From NCBI GenBank assembly GCA_039091535.1, contig JAWCLW010000001.1, positions 145,073 to 209,072 on the forward strand: a DNA stretch of 64,000 nt. Direction: 5' to 3'. A program made the position numbers and the translations under genes. The notes under the pieces were generated by a model that saw only the letters and a list, made by a program, of their open reading frames with translations, was not told the origin of the DNA and did no database searches. Each line of letters starts with the position of its first letter. The stretch's first letter is position 1. Source of the stretch: Candidatus Aenigmatarchaeota archaeon (GTDB taxonomy: Archaea; Aenigmatarchaeota; Aenigmatarchaeia; GW2011-AR5). Positions 18,640 to 27,859 of this stretch are shown here, one piece after another.

Positions 18640-20643
18640 ATGGGATTTATAAGGAAAAGACCAGAAAAGAGTAAAGAAAAAGAAAAGTTGATTAAAGCAA
18701 GAGAAGCAAAAATAAAAGAAATAATTTCACGTGAATACAAATTGTATAAAGAAGAGGAAAGATTAGCTTCTTTACCAAGAACATTCTATGAAAAAGCCTG
18801 CAAATTTAGTGAAAAATCTATAAAAATAAAACCAGATGAAAAGACAGGGAAAAAAATAGAAGAGGCTATAAAATTTTCTCATTTGAATATTACACCAGAA
18901 GGTGTTGCATCACTTACTATATTGTTTGCATTGGTGACAAGCGTACCTACACTCATTCTTATAATACTAAATATATTTGGTCTGCCTGGAATATCTGTTG
19001 GCTATGGTATGATCATTATGTTACTTTCTATGTTTTTTACATACTATCTTTATACATATCCTTTTCATTTAAAGAAGAGATACGAAATAGATGTAGGGTC
19101 AGAAATTGTGACAATGATATTGTATATGGCAATGTACATGAGAAATGTGCCAAATCTTGAGGGTGCACTACGTTTTGCATCAGAAAATTTGACTGGACCA
19201 TTAGGATACGAGCTGAAAAAGCTTATGTGGGATGTTGAAGTTGGAAATTATGTTAATGTTCAAGATGCATTAATGGATTATACAAGAAAATGGTCTCAAA
19301 ACAAAGAACTTATTGAATCAATAGAATTATTGATAACATCTTTGAAACAAGTTGGCGAAAGAAGATTATCATTGCTAGATGAAGCAGTTAACATAATACT
19401 TGAAGGCAACAGAGAACAAGCAAAACACTTTAACCAAAAATTAAAGATGCCCGTTATGGTTGTGCATGCGCTTGGTATAATATTACCAGTTATGGGTCTT
19501 GTTTTATTTCCAGTTGTTGCTATCTTTCTGCGAGTTGAGGCAACAATTTTATTTGTTGGTTATGATATTCTTCTTCCATTTATACTTTATTTTGTGATAA
19601 CAAACATACTTGAGATAAGACCATCAACATTCAGTAAAATAGATATAACAGAGAATCCGGATGTTCCACCATCAGGAAAATTCAAATTTGGAAAAACCTT
19701 TGTAAGAGCTTGGCCATTTGGACTTATTGCTGGGACAATTGTTTTATCACTTGGAATTATTGTATCTTTTAATGATGAGGAGGGCATAATATCCGCAATA
19801 CTGATTTTATTTGGCATAGCATTTGGATTTGCTTTATATTATATCTTACTTTCTAATCAGAGACTAAAAGTGAGAGAAAAGACAAGAAAGATTGAAGGGG
19901 AATTTGCAGAGGCCTTATTCCAATTGGGAAATCAAATAGGTGGTGGGACACCGATAGAATTATCTATTGAACACTCAATGGAAAGGATAAAAAATCTAGA
20001 AATAAGAAATCTATTCTCGCGTGCATTAAATAATATGAAATCTCTTGGATTTACATTTTCGCAAGCATTCTTTGATAAAGAATATGGAGCAATAAGATAT
20101 TATCCATCAAAAATGATAAAATCTATAATGCATACAGTTGTTGAATCTACAAAAAAAGGTGTAAGCACCGCTGCTGTTGCTATGCTATCTGTTTCGCGTT
20201 ATTTGAAAGGTCTTCATCAAACACAAGAGGATATAAAAGAACAATTAAATGACACTCTAAACTCCTTAAAATTTCAACTGTTATTTTTGTCTCCATTGAT
20301 ATCAGGTGTTATTGTAACACTTGCAATAATAATAATGCGTATCCTAAAACAATTATCGGAACAATCAACTGCGCTATCAACAGGTTCATTACCATTTATA
20401 TCACAGTTTGGCGAAGCTAATATAACACCTTTTCAATTTTTGTTTGTTGTGGGAATTTATCTTATAGAAACATGTTTCATTTTATCAATGTTTATAAATA
20501 CAATAGAGAATGGTGAAGATCCTATAGGTTGGTATAACCTTACAGGATATTCATTGATTATTGGGTTCGTTGTTTTTTCAATATGTTTATTTGCTACACT
20601 TACTGTGTTTGGCCCATTGATAAGTTCAACACTGACTAGTTGA
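18640..20643 (+). CDS. FlaJ/TadC/PilC-like polytopic platform protein
   Basis: 667 aa with a charged cytoplasmic N-terminus and two blocks of TM helices. These are separated by soluble segments resembling T2SSF domains (..LEGALRFASENLTGPLGYELKKLMWDVEVGNYVNVQDALMDY..). It sits next to the ATPase and pilin. Confidence 0.65.
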   Translation: MGFIRKRPEKSKEKEKLIKAREAKIKEIISREYKLYKEEERLASLPRTFYEKACKFSEKSIKIKPDEKTGKKIEEAIKFSHLNITPEGVASLTILFALVTSVPTLILIILNIFGLPGISVGYGMIIMLLSMFFTYYLYTYPFHLKKRYEIDVGSEIVTMILYMAMYMRNVPNLEGALRFASENLTGPLGYELKKLMWDVEVGNYVNVQDALMDYTRKWSQNKELIESIELLITSLKQVGERRLSLLDEAVNIILEGNREQAKHFNQKLKMPVMVVHALGIILPVMGLVLFPVVAIFLRVEATILFVGYDILLPFILYFVITNILEIRPSTFSKIDITENPDVPPSGKFKFGKTFVRAWPFGLIAGTIVLSLGIIVSFNDEEGIISAILILFGIAFGFALYYILLSNQRLKVREKTRKIEGEFAEALFQLGNQIGGGTPIELSIEHSMERIKNLEIRNLFSRALNNMKSLGFTFSQAFFDKEYGAIRYYPSKMIKSIMHTVVESTKKGVSTAAVAMLSVSRYLKGLHQTQEDIKEQLNDTLNSLKFQLLFLSPLISGVIVTLAIIIMRILKQLSEQSTALSTGSLPFISQFGEANITPFQFLFVVGIYLIETCFILSMFINTIENGEDPIGWYNLTGYSLIIGFVVFSICLFATLTVFGPLISSTLTS

Positions 20644-20710
20644 TCATCTATATAGCCAAAGTAGTGTTTTTATATTCAAAAAATAACAATAAATAAATAA
20701 AGGTGTCAAA

Positions 20711-20974
20711 ATGAATTTACCTTGGTTTGTAGTTTGTGTTCTTATAACACTTCTCATACTAGGTTTATTGTGGGCCATAACAAATGGATTAATAAATATA
20801 ACAAGACCAGAAGCAGTATTATCAATATTTCTTTATAGAAAAAAAGGTATGGAAGCGGATTTGGTGAGAGTTATTTTATACATATTGATTGTTGTTGCAT
20901 TATCTATGGCATTGTTTTATGCACTTGACCAAAAAGGATTTACAGAACTTTTTGCAAACATGCCAATCAAATAG
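20711..20974 (+). CDS. small membrane protein (2 TM); second half resembles a pilin-like leader
   Basis: 87 aa. The internal ..RKKG-MEADLVRVILYILIVVALSMALFYAL looks like K-G plus a hydrophobic helix. Confidence 0.5.
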   Translation: MNLPWFVVCVLITLLILGLLWAITNGLINITRPEAVLSIFLYRKKGMEADLVRVILYILIVVALSMALFYALDQKGFTELFANMPIK

Positions 20975-20982
20975 GTGAAAAA

Positions 20983-21138
20983 ATGGAATTAACTGCAAAA
21001 ACATTGACAATAATAATATTTGTAATTATGGTAGCATTTGTTTTATTCTTATTTTTTGGAAGTTTTGCATCAGAAGCAGGTGCACCAGCAAGCAATATAT
21101 TCTATAAGTTATTTGATTGGATAAGCGGATTTATATAA
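20983..21138 (+). CDS. small N-terminally anchored protein
   Basis: Hand-translated 51-aa ORF absent from the track: MELTAKTLTIIIFVIMVAFVLFLFFGSFASEAGAPASNIFYKLFDWISGFI. It starts 8 nt after the previous stop. Confidence 0.5.
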   Translation: MELTAKTLTIIIFVIMVAFVLFLFFGSFASEAGAPASNIFYKLFDWISGFI

Positions 21139-21178
21139 AAATTATAATTAGAAAAACTAAATAGTTGACAGTGATTAT

Positions 21179-22051
21179 ATGGAGCTTGGAGCCATCGTTA
21201 CTGGATTAATAGCATTGGTTGTGCTTGGTTTGATGTTAATGCTACCAAAAGGTATAACAACAATTGTTCAAGAAAATATAACAAAATTGACGCCAGACTA
21301 CATAAAACTTGAAAATTATGATATAAGATTAAATTATCAACCATTATCTGATAATAAATTTTTATATTCAATATTTTTATCTCCAATAATCTCTTATTCG
21401 GGTAAGATTGAACATGATACATCCATTATTTCTTTTATTGAATTCAAGAGTAAAAGTCAAAAGATGATTGTAGTGGAAGGACTTAAATCAGATGATAACC
21501 CTGTAATTCCAAAAGCTACAAAAAAATTTGATGGCACATTAAAAGCAGAAATACAAAGTGAGATCCCACCTATATTTGATTGGGTGTATCAGAAAAACCT
21601 CAACAAACCACTTATTGAAGGTCAATCTATTATAATAGATAAAAAATTTATTGTGACCTTGTTTGATCTGGATGAAACCCTTTTTGATAAATTAAATCCA
21701 TTAAGAAGTAGATGTGCAGTAAAATTTCTAATTGAATGTAAAAATGAAGTAAAAACATTGAGTTTAAGGGATGATGACAATGAACAAGAAAAAGATGTAG
21801 AACTATGTGGTGCAAACATAAAAATAAATTTAAAAGAAACAAATGACTGCAAATCTGCAGATGTAGATATTATTTATACAAAGCTTGGTGAAATACCTGA
21901 TTTTGATATAAAAGAAAAATTATGGTTGAGTTTATGGAGAAATACAGATTGTGTCAGATTATGGCATACATATGAAGATTTATTTGAACATTGTTTTGGA
22001 GATCTTCTAGGAAGATATAAATTATATCATAATTTGTTAATTCCAAAATAG
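21179..22051 (+). CDS. N-terminal-helix (pilin-like?) secreted protein
   Basis: 290 aa starting MELGAIVTGLIALVVLGLMLML, followed by a soluble domain with a few Cys. Confidence 0.6.
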   Translation: MELGAIVTGLIALVVLGLMLMLPKGITTIVQENITKLTPDYIKLENYDIRLNYQPLSDNKFLYSIFLSPIISYSGKIEHDTSIISFIEFKSKSQKMIVVEGLKSDDNPVIPKATKKFDGTLKAEIQSEIPPIFDWVYQKNLNKPLIEGQSIIIDKKFIVTLFDLDETLFDKLNPLRSRCAVKFLIECKNEVKTLSLRDDDNEQEKDVELCGANIKINLKETNDCKSADVDIIYTKLGEIPDFDIKEKLWLSLWRNTDCVRLWHTYEDLFEHCFGDLLGRYKLYHNLLIPK

Positions 22052-22299
22052 TAGATCTGTATATGTTTTATATATAACCAAAAAGGACAAATAGTATCAT
22101 CTTCAGACTCGCAACCAATTCATGTATTATTTTATCTAATTAATTCCCCGTAAATCATCGTATTTTATTTCTAGTAATTCGACCCAAACTTCAAAATTTG
22201 TTAAATTTTTCTATCTTCTTTCTATTTATAATTTTATTGCTCTTACTATTTCTTACAGCACTAAAAATATTTAATTAAGCCTCATCAATAATAGTAAAT

Positions 22300-23361
22300 A
22301 TGCCTGTACATTTATCACAGTCTGCTGTCATATATTTAATTCTTATGTTAGTTGTTATTTTTATAGGTCTTATGATAGTCACGAAAGGAAAGATATTGCT
22401 TACTGGTGAAGGTGCAAAATTATCAAAGATGTTTGAGTATGGTGACATAAAACTTATAGGTGATGCAGAAATCCCAGAAGAAAAAATAAAGATAGAATGT
22501 ATAGAGGATGAAAATGGATATAAAATAAAAAATATTGTATTGAATTCTGCATCATTTGAATATTATGGAAAAGAAGATAAAATAGAATTTATGATAGTTT
22601 TAGATCTGGGGAATGCTTTACGTGTTGGATATGACGAAAACGAAGAGTATAAAATAATATGTGAATTAAAAGATAAAAAAATGCAATGTGATCCACCAAA
22701 AAACATTTGGTTTTATGTGAATGATTATGACCAAAACAAAATAAAATCACGTGAATATTTTCACTTCACGATTTGGAGAGCAAAATTAATGATACTAGAG
22801 CATGGAGGTCATAATCTTAATGGAAAAAAACTTAAGGAATTGATAGATAAGTATTCTCCATATTATCTTGGTTCATTTGGACTTGGTGGGTTTACAATTG
22901 ATCAGAAATGCAGAGGATGGTCTTGTGACAAATTAAAAGAGAATGAATGCAAGACAAATTCAAATTGCTATTGGTCTGTATCTGTAAATATTTGGTTTGG
23001 GCGTATAATGAGTAAATGTAATGCATGTCCTACAGAAGAAAATTGTAAAAAATATAATACAGAATCTATGTGTACGCAATGTTCATATCCAAAAAACAAT
23101 TGTAAATGGTATGAAAATTATTGCAGAACAAAAGATTATGCTGAACTAGATGAAAAATGTAAAAAATGTAGTGGAAAAACAAAATGTGATGAAAATACAT
23201 GCATAAACACAGATCCAAAGTGTTGGTTCAAATTTGATAATACGTGTCGTGCATGTTATGAAGATGCGAAGTGTGAGATGTTTGCAGCAGAGGATTGTGC
23301 AGATGCTAGTAGATGTGGTTTAAATTGCAAAGTAGAAAATAAAATTTGTGTAAGTGAGTAA
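22300..23361 (+). CDS. N-terminally anchored protein with PSI-like Cys-rich C-terminal modules
   Basis: 353 aa with N-terminal helix AVIYLILMLVVIFIGLMIV. Residues 204-350 hold 23 Cys in C..C....C......C.W patterns (ECKTNSNCYW, KNNCKWYENYC, DPKCWFKFDNTCRAC). Confidence 0.7.
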   Translation: MPVHLSQSAVIYLILMLVVIFIGLMIVTKGKILLTGEGAKLSKMFEYGDIKLIGDAEIPEEKIKIECIEDENGYKIKNIVLNSASFEYYGKEDKIEFMIVLDLGNALRVGYDENEEYKIICELKDKKMQCDPPKNIWFYVNDYDQNKIKSREYFHFTIWRAKLMILEHGGHNLNGKKLKELIDKYSPYYLGSFGLGGFTIDQKCRGWSCDKLKENECKTNSNCYWSVSVNIWFGRIMSKCNACPTEENCKKYNTESMCTQCSYPKNNCKWYENYCRTKDYAELDEKCKKCSGKTKCDENTCINTDPKCWFKFDNTCRACYEDAKCEMFAAEDCADASRCGLNCKVENKICVSE

Positions 23362-23362
23362 A

Positions 23363-23494
23363 ATGATATTTGATATACCTGTTAAATATATTTTGTTGAT
23401 TTTAATTTTATTACTTATTGTTATTCTCCTTGGACTTTGGCGTAGTAGTGCATTTCAATCATTAGATTTAATAAAAAGTATATTAGGAGTGTGA
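23363..23494 (+). CDS. small single-TM protein
   Basis: Hand-translated 43-aa ORF: MIFDIPVKYILLILILLLIVILLGLWRSSAFQSLDLIKSILGV. It starts 1 nt after the previous stop. Confidence 0.45.
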   Translation: MIFDIPVKYILLILILLLIVILLGLWRSSAFQSLDLIKSILGV

Positions 23495-23498
23495 TAAA

Positions 23499-23621
23499 AT
23501 GAGAATAGAATATGTGGTTGTTGGATTTGTGCTTGCTGCAATAATTTTATTTGTTGCAATAAGTATGCTCAAGAATGTAATCCCTGGAGTTGAATCTATA
23601 TTCAATCTCTTTGGTGGTTAG
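23499..23621 (+). CDS. small single-TM protein
   Basis: Hand-translated 40-aa ORF: MRIEYVVVGFVLAAIILFVAISMLKNVIPGVESIFNLFGG. Confidence 0.45.
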   Translation: MRIEYVVVGFVLAAIILFVAISMLKNVIPGVESIFNLFGG

Positions 23622-25278
23622 ATTGGAAGCAATAGAAGAATTGATATTCATTGCAATAAGTTTAATGTTTCTACTTATGGGAATTGTACTTATAGGTAGC
23701 ATTATAATGAGTGTATATAATCCATACGAGCAAATGACATTCGCAAATGTTGAAAAATTAAAAAGTGCAATAGAAGAGGCATGTCTTGATGAAAATAATG
23801 AAATAACAATATTGTTTAGTATGCCACAGAATACACCAGCATTCTCGTTACTCTTTTCTGTTCTTCCAGCATGGATAATAAAATCAAGTGGAGACCCTAA
23901 TTATGTTTTGTATTATGAGTCATTCCCACCAGGTGAAGCAATTGGATGGGAGGCTTATCATAATTTTAATAATAGATTAATTTCTCCATTGCCAGATGGT
24001 TATGAAGGAAAGATAGTAGAGGATGTTAAAAATTATGCGAGAGATGTTTATATTGAATTTAAAAATAGAAATCCAAACTCAGTAGTTGATGCAGTTTTGA
24101 TCAATAACATAATCCTTAATGATAAATATCGTTCTGATTTTATTGTTAATAAAAATGGTGATTTAACAAACGAGATATTTGAAACAAGTAGCGAGACAAA
24201 AAATGAACCATCAAAAGGATTTTTTGGATATGGGAAATGGGAAGGGAATTTTTATAAATTCCAAAATTATGTTGGCCTTTCAACTATAGAAAAAACATTA
24301 ATAAAATATCAGCCATGTGGTGAAAATTCTTTATGCCTAAAAACAAGAAATGGTATTTATAGATTCCCGCTAGAGATGTGCAAAGGAAAAATAAAAAATA
24401 TACAGCTAATTTACGATAGTAGAAATAGAGGAAAGATTTATGTAATAACAACTGTTGGAGTAGTTGTTGTCGTTGGTGCTTCAATAGTTAGTGTTTATGT
24501 AGGTTCTATAGCTGCTGTTATCACTAAAGCCCTCTCAGTTTTTGGTAGTGTATTAAAGTTTGTTTGGAAGTTCCCACTAATTGGAAAACTTATTACTATT
24601 GGAGGAACAGCTCTTGGAGTTGAAGAAGGTTTGAGTTTTATTTCATCACAATTTATTTCGTTTAAAACTTCAGACTTCTATTTAGCAAGTCCATGCGATA
24701 TTAAAACCAAGAACACAGATATAAAATTATATAATAGTGAAACAGAAGAAACTACCACTATAGAAGAGGAAAGAAATATGAGAATAAGGTTTAGTAATTG
24801 TAAAGAAGGTGAGATAACTGGTGATAATCCAATAGTTTGTCAAAATGTAATGAAATATCCATTATATAGATATAATGAAGATGGAAAACTTGAATATGTG
24901 AGAGACAAAAATAAAAATATAATTTATCATTATACATGTGTTGAAAAGATTGGAGATAAAGACGACAAAGAGATTAAAGGTAATGATCCACCAAAAGGTG
25001 ATATTATAGATTATTATAATGGATATTGTATACAGATTTATGTGGATACAAGACCTAAAGATTTTTGCTGGACGGATGACCCATGGAAAAGAGAAGGTAA
25101 ATTTGACTTTGATACAAAGATATTAGCAAAAATACTTGGTTTAGATACAATAAAAGATTCTACAGCATATATAGATAGAGAGGACCAAAATGATATAATT
25201 GTATTAAAACGTGGTGATATTGATAATGTTTTGAAAAGAACACTTGAAGGAAAGATAACGTGGATCTGGCCAAAGTAA
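23614..25278 (+). CDS. membrane protein with N-terminal helix and internal hydrophobic cluster
   Basis: ~554 aa. The start is uncertain: GTG at 23614 overlaps the upstream stop, and the track uses TTG at 23590. N-terminal helix is LIFIAISLMFLLMGIVLIGSIIM. The internal hydrophobic segment is IYVITTVGVVVVVGASIVSVYVGSIAAVITKALSVFG. Confidence 0.65.
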   Translation: MVRLEAIEELIFIAISLMFLLMGIVLIGSIIMSVYNPYEQMTFANVEKLKSAIEEACLDENNEITILFSMPQNTPAFSLLFSVLPAWIIKSSGDPNYVLYYESFPPGEAIGWEAYHNFNNRLISPLPDGYEGKIVEDVKNYARDVYIEFKNRNPNSVVDAVLINNIILNDKYRSDFIVNKNGDLTNEIFETSSETKNEPSKGFFGYGKWEGNFYKFQNYVGLSTIEKTLIKYQPCGENSLCLKTRNGIYRFPLEMCKGKIKNIQLIYDSRNRGKIYVITTVGVVVVVGASIVSVYVGSIAAVITKALSVFGSVLKFVWKFPLIGKLITIGGTALGVEEGLSFISSQFISFKTSDFYLASPCDIKTKNTDIKLYNSETEETTTIEEERNMRIRFSNCKEGEITGDNPIVCQNVMKYPLYRYNEDGKLEYVRDKNKNIIYHYTCVEKIGDKDDKEIKGNDPPKGDIIDYYNGYCIQIYVDTRPKDFCWTDDPWKREGKFDFDTKILAKILGLDTIKDSTAYIDREDQNDIIVLKRGDIDNVLKRTLEGKITWIWPK

Positions 25279-25347
25279 ATTATCCATTATTTCTTAATAG
25301 AAAATCTTATTTATATCATGAAAATAATATTTTGTTAGTGAATAATT

Positions 25348-25761
25348 ATGAAAGGTGTAGAACCATTACAATGGGCATTTATAGTGCTAGTACTTTTATT
25401 AGTTTTCATTTTGTTTGCAATAAATCCATTACAGCAGGCGATAGATGCAGCGATAGCAAATAATGCAATGATAAATGCAAATTTTTTAGCTTCTATCATA
25501 AATCTTATGCAAGCATCAGCAAGTAATATGGAATATATGTTGGATTTGCCAAAAACAGATTGTATAATAAAAATAAATGAAAAAGGGGTAACATATCATT
25601 CAACAAAAAGGGATATAATTTATACAATGGATTTGATACAAAATTATAAATTAAGCGATTTTAGCAAAAAAATATTGATACCTATTACAGAAATAAATTG
25701 CAAAGATAAAATTGCTATAATAAGAAAAATTGGGAATGCAATCATGGTAGTTGGTGGATAA
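25348..25761 (+). CDS. class III signal peptide (pilin-like) protein
   Basis: MKG-VEPLQWAFIVLVLLLVFILFAINPL.., 137 aa. Confidence 0.7.
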   Translation: MKGVEPLQWAFIVLVLLLVFILFAINPLQQAIDAAIANNAMINANFLASIINLMQASASNMEYMLDLPKTDCIIKINEKGVTYHSTKRDIIYTMDLIQNYKLSDFSKKILIPITEINCKDKIAIIRKIGNAIMVVGG

Positions 25762-26924
25762 TGAAACTAGACCCAATGCAAATTTTCTTTTTCATAATAA
25801 GGATGGGGCCTGCAATAATATTAATAGCACTTATCGCATATGCATTTTTCTCATTTAAGACAGAGGTAAAATCAGATGAAATGGAGAGATTGAACATAGA
25901 ACTTGCTGAAAATATAATGACATCTGATTTAGTTTATGATAAAAGTATATTTGATCCCAAAAAATTACACGATCTTGAAAATAAGATAAACAATATAGAT
26001 AACAAATATCATAATATTGAGATGCCTTTTAGGTCTTGTAAATATGGCTATTATCTTAAAATAGAAAGTGAAGAATTAGCATGCATTGAAAATGAAAATT
26101 GTGAAAATTTCTGTAGAGATGTATGTGGATTGAATGAAATAAAATATGATGAAAATTGCAAATGTAGCAAAGGTATTTTTGGTTGGAAAAAATTTTTTGG
26201 TGACAATGATTGCCAATGCAAAAAAAATGATAAATGGATTGAAAATTACGAATTTGAATTTGGTTACGTCCCTGATAAAGATATTAAAAAAAATTCAAGA
26301 AAATATCCTGTTGCAATAGCAAATATTAATAATGAAAGACCAGAAAATTATTATGAAAGTGTTTATCCGGCTAAGATGCACTTAACGATTTATGACTCCT
26401 GGCTATCTAGAATTTCTTGTGCTATAGAAAGGGCTTATGCGCTAAATGAAGTACAGGAAGTTAATATTCTTGGTATTGGTACAAATTGTTTACCAAAATA
26501 TTATTCTAATTATTATTCTAATTTTAAGTGCATTTCAATAAAAAAATCGGATAGATTTGATAACAGTAACCATATATGTACATATATGTTAAAATATATT
26601 GGTGGTAATGTTAATGAATACGAAATTATCGAATGTAGATATTCTGAAATACCCGTATTTCTTTTCTTTGATGCATATGACAAAAATTCTAAATATGCAA
26701 AAATTATAATATATCCTATAAAAAAATCTGTCATTGACTCACAAATTCTTTATGATACACCAGAACATCCCATCACTTATGTTTCTCTTCAAGATATGAG
26801 TGTCACAAATTGTGGAAAAATAAGAGACCATCCAGAATATATTTCTAAAAATAACGATGAGATCGGTGCAATCGTTTTATGTCTAAAGTCTGAAAAAAAA
26901 TGGAGAGAAGATATGCAATGGTAA
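25761..26924 (+). CDS. N-terminally anchored Cys-containing protein
   Basis: 387 aa. Its start overlaps the previous stop (TAATG). N-terminal helix is GPAIILIALIAYAFFSF, and a Cys cluster reads ..ACIENENCENFCRDVCGLNEIKYDENCKCSKG..DCQCKK. Confidence 0.7.
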   Translation: MKLDPMQIFFFIIRMGPAIILIALIAYAFFSFKTEVKSDEMERLNIELAENIMTSDLVYDKSIFDPKKLHDLENKINNIDNKYHNIEMPFRSCKYGYYLKIESEELACIENENCENFCRDVCGLNEIKYDENCKCSKGIFGWKKFFGDNDCQCKKNDKWIENYEFEFGYVPDKDIKKNSRKYPVAIANINNERPENYYESVYPAKMHLTIYDSWLSRISCAIERAYALNEVQEVNILGIGTNCLPKYYSNYYSNFKCISIKKSDRFDNSNHICTYMLKYIGGNVNEYEIIECRYSEIPVFLFFDAYDKNSKYAKIIIYPIKKSVIDSQILYDTPEHPITYVSLQDMSVTNCGKIRDHPEYISKNNDEIGAIVLCLKSEKKWREDMQW

Positions 26925-27859
26925 AAAAAGGTGTTCCAAAAATGAAAGGTCAACTTCCTGAAGAAATGGGCTGGACATTGATATTTCTTTTAGTCTTTGT
27001 TTTTTTAATAGTGACATTTATAATCTTCGGATTGATTGTAAGGGCTCCGTTTACAGGTATGCAACCACTAAGTTATTCAATAGAATTTGTGAATATGGCA
27101 AATAGACCATATATTCTTGCAGAAATATTATCACATTATATGTTCGATGACAGACAATTCCTTGAGCATGCATTAGAATCTATAATTGTTAACTCGAAAG
27201 AAAAAGCAAATTCTTTAGGAATAGAAAATGGGTTAAAACAATTTCTAAAGTCATATGAGCTAAAATTTTATTCTATATCAGTAAAAAATAAGGATGAAAA
27301 TGAATTGATTTCTGCTAGTAATAAACTCAAAAGATGTGGTGAGAATGGTGTAGGTGTTTGTACAGAGAGATATATATCAGTGTGTAAAATTAAATTTATT
27401 ACATTACCACCACCATTTGGTACTATAATTCGTTCAACTTGTGAGGTTCAGGCTAAAGGTTGCGGAAATGGTAGAATAAAAATTGATGATCCAAATAAAG
27501 ATTGTGCTCTTGCTGAAATATGTTGTATGGAACATAAGGATAATGAAGGACATTATTTAGATGAAAATAATAATATATTACCAAATTGTGGTCCACCAGG
27601 CCAAAAAATTGGAGTTTGTGATGATACGAAACTTCGTAAAGAAATATCTATAAATATAGTATCAAAAAAATATGCCCTTGATGATTGCAGAGATGGTAGA
27701 AAACGCATAGAAGAAGAGGATGATGAATGTAAAGATCCATTAATATGTTGTACACCTTTGAGTGATGTATCTGAAGTAAATCTTATGACAGAGGCGAACA
27801 TACCATTACTATACAAAGATCAGATCTTTGGATACATAGAGGTGGTTATTGGTGACTAA
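26918..27859 (+). CDS. class III signal peptide (pilin-like) protein with duplicated Cys module
   Basis: The ATG at 26918 overlaps the upstream stop (ATGGTAA). The leader is MVKKGVPKMKG-QLPEEMGWTLIFLLVFVFLIVTFIIFGLIV. Two copies of C-x2-GR-x2-I-x6-C-x4-ICC are present. Confidence 0.7.
   Translation: MVKKGVPKMKGQLPEEMGWTLIFLLVFVFLIVTFIIFGLIVRAPFTGMQPLSYSIEFVNMANRPYILAEILSHYMFDDRQFLEHALESIIVNSKEKANSLGIENGLKQFLKSYELKFYSISVKNKDENELISASNKLKRCGENGVGVCTERYISVCKIKFITLPPPFGTIIRSTCEVQAKGCGNGRIKIDDPNKDCALAEICCMEHKDNEGHYLDENNNILPNCGPPGQKIGVCDDTKLRKEISINIVSKKYALDDCRDGRKRIEEEDDECKDPLICCTPLSDVSEVNLMTEANIPLLYKDQIFGYIEVVIGD

Noticed and set aside
15721-20643. Interpretation of the ATPase/platform/pilin trio as an archaellum operon
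   Set aside because: I see no FlaF, FlaG or FlaH-like (KaiC-type) ORFs and no tandem flagellin set. The downstream genes are large Cys-rich proteins instead. I therefore called it a non-archaellum type IV filament system, although only profile searches can settle this.
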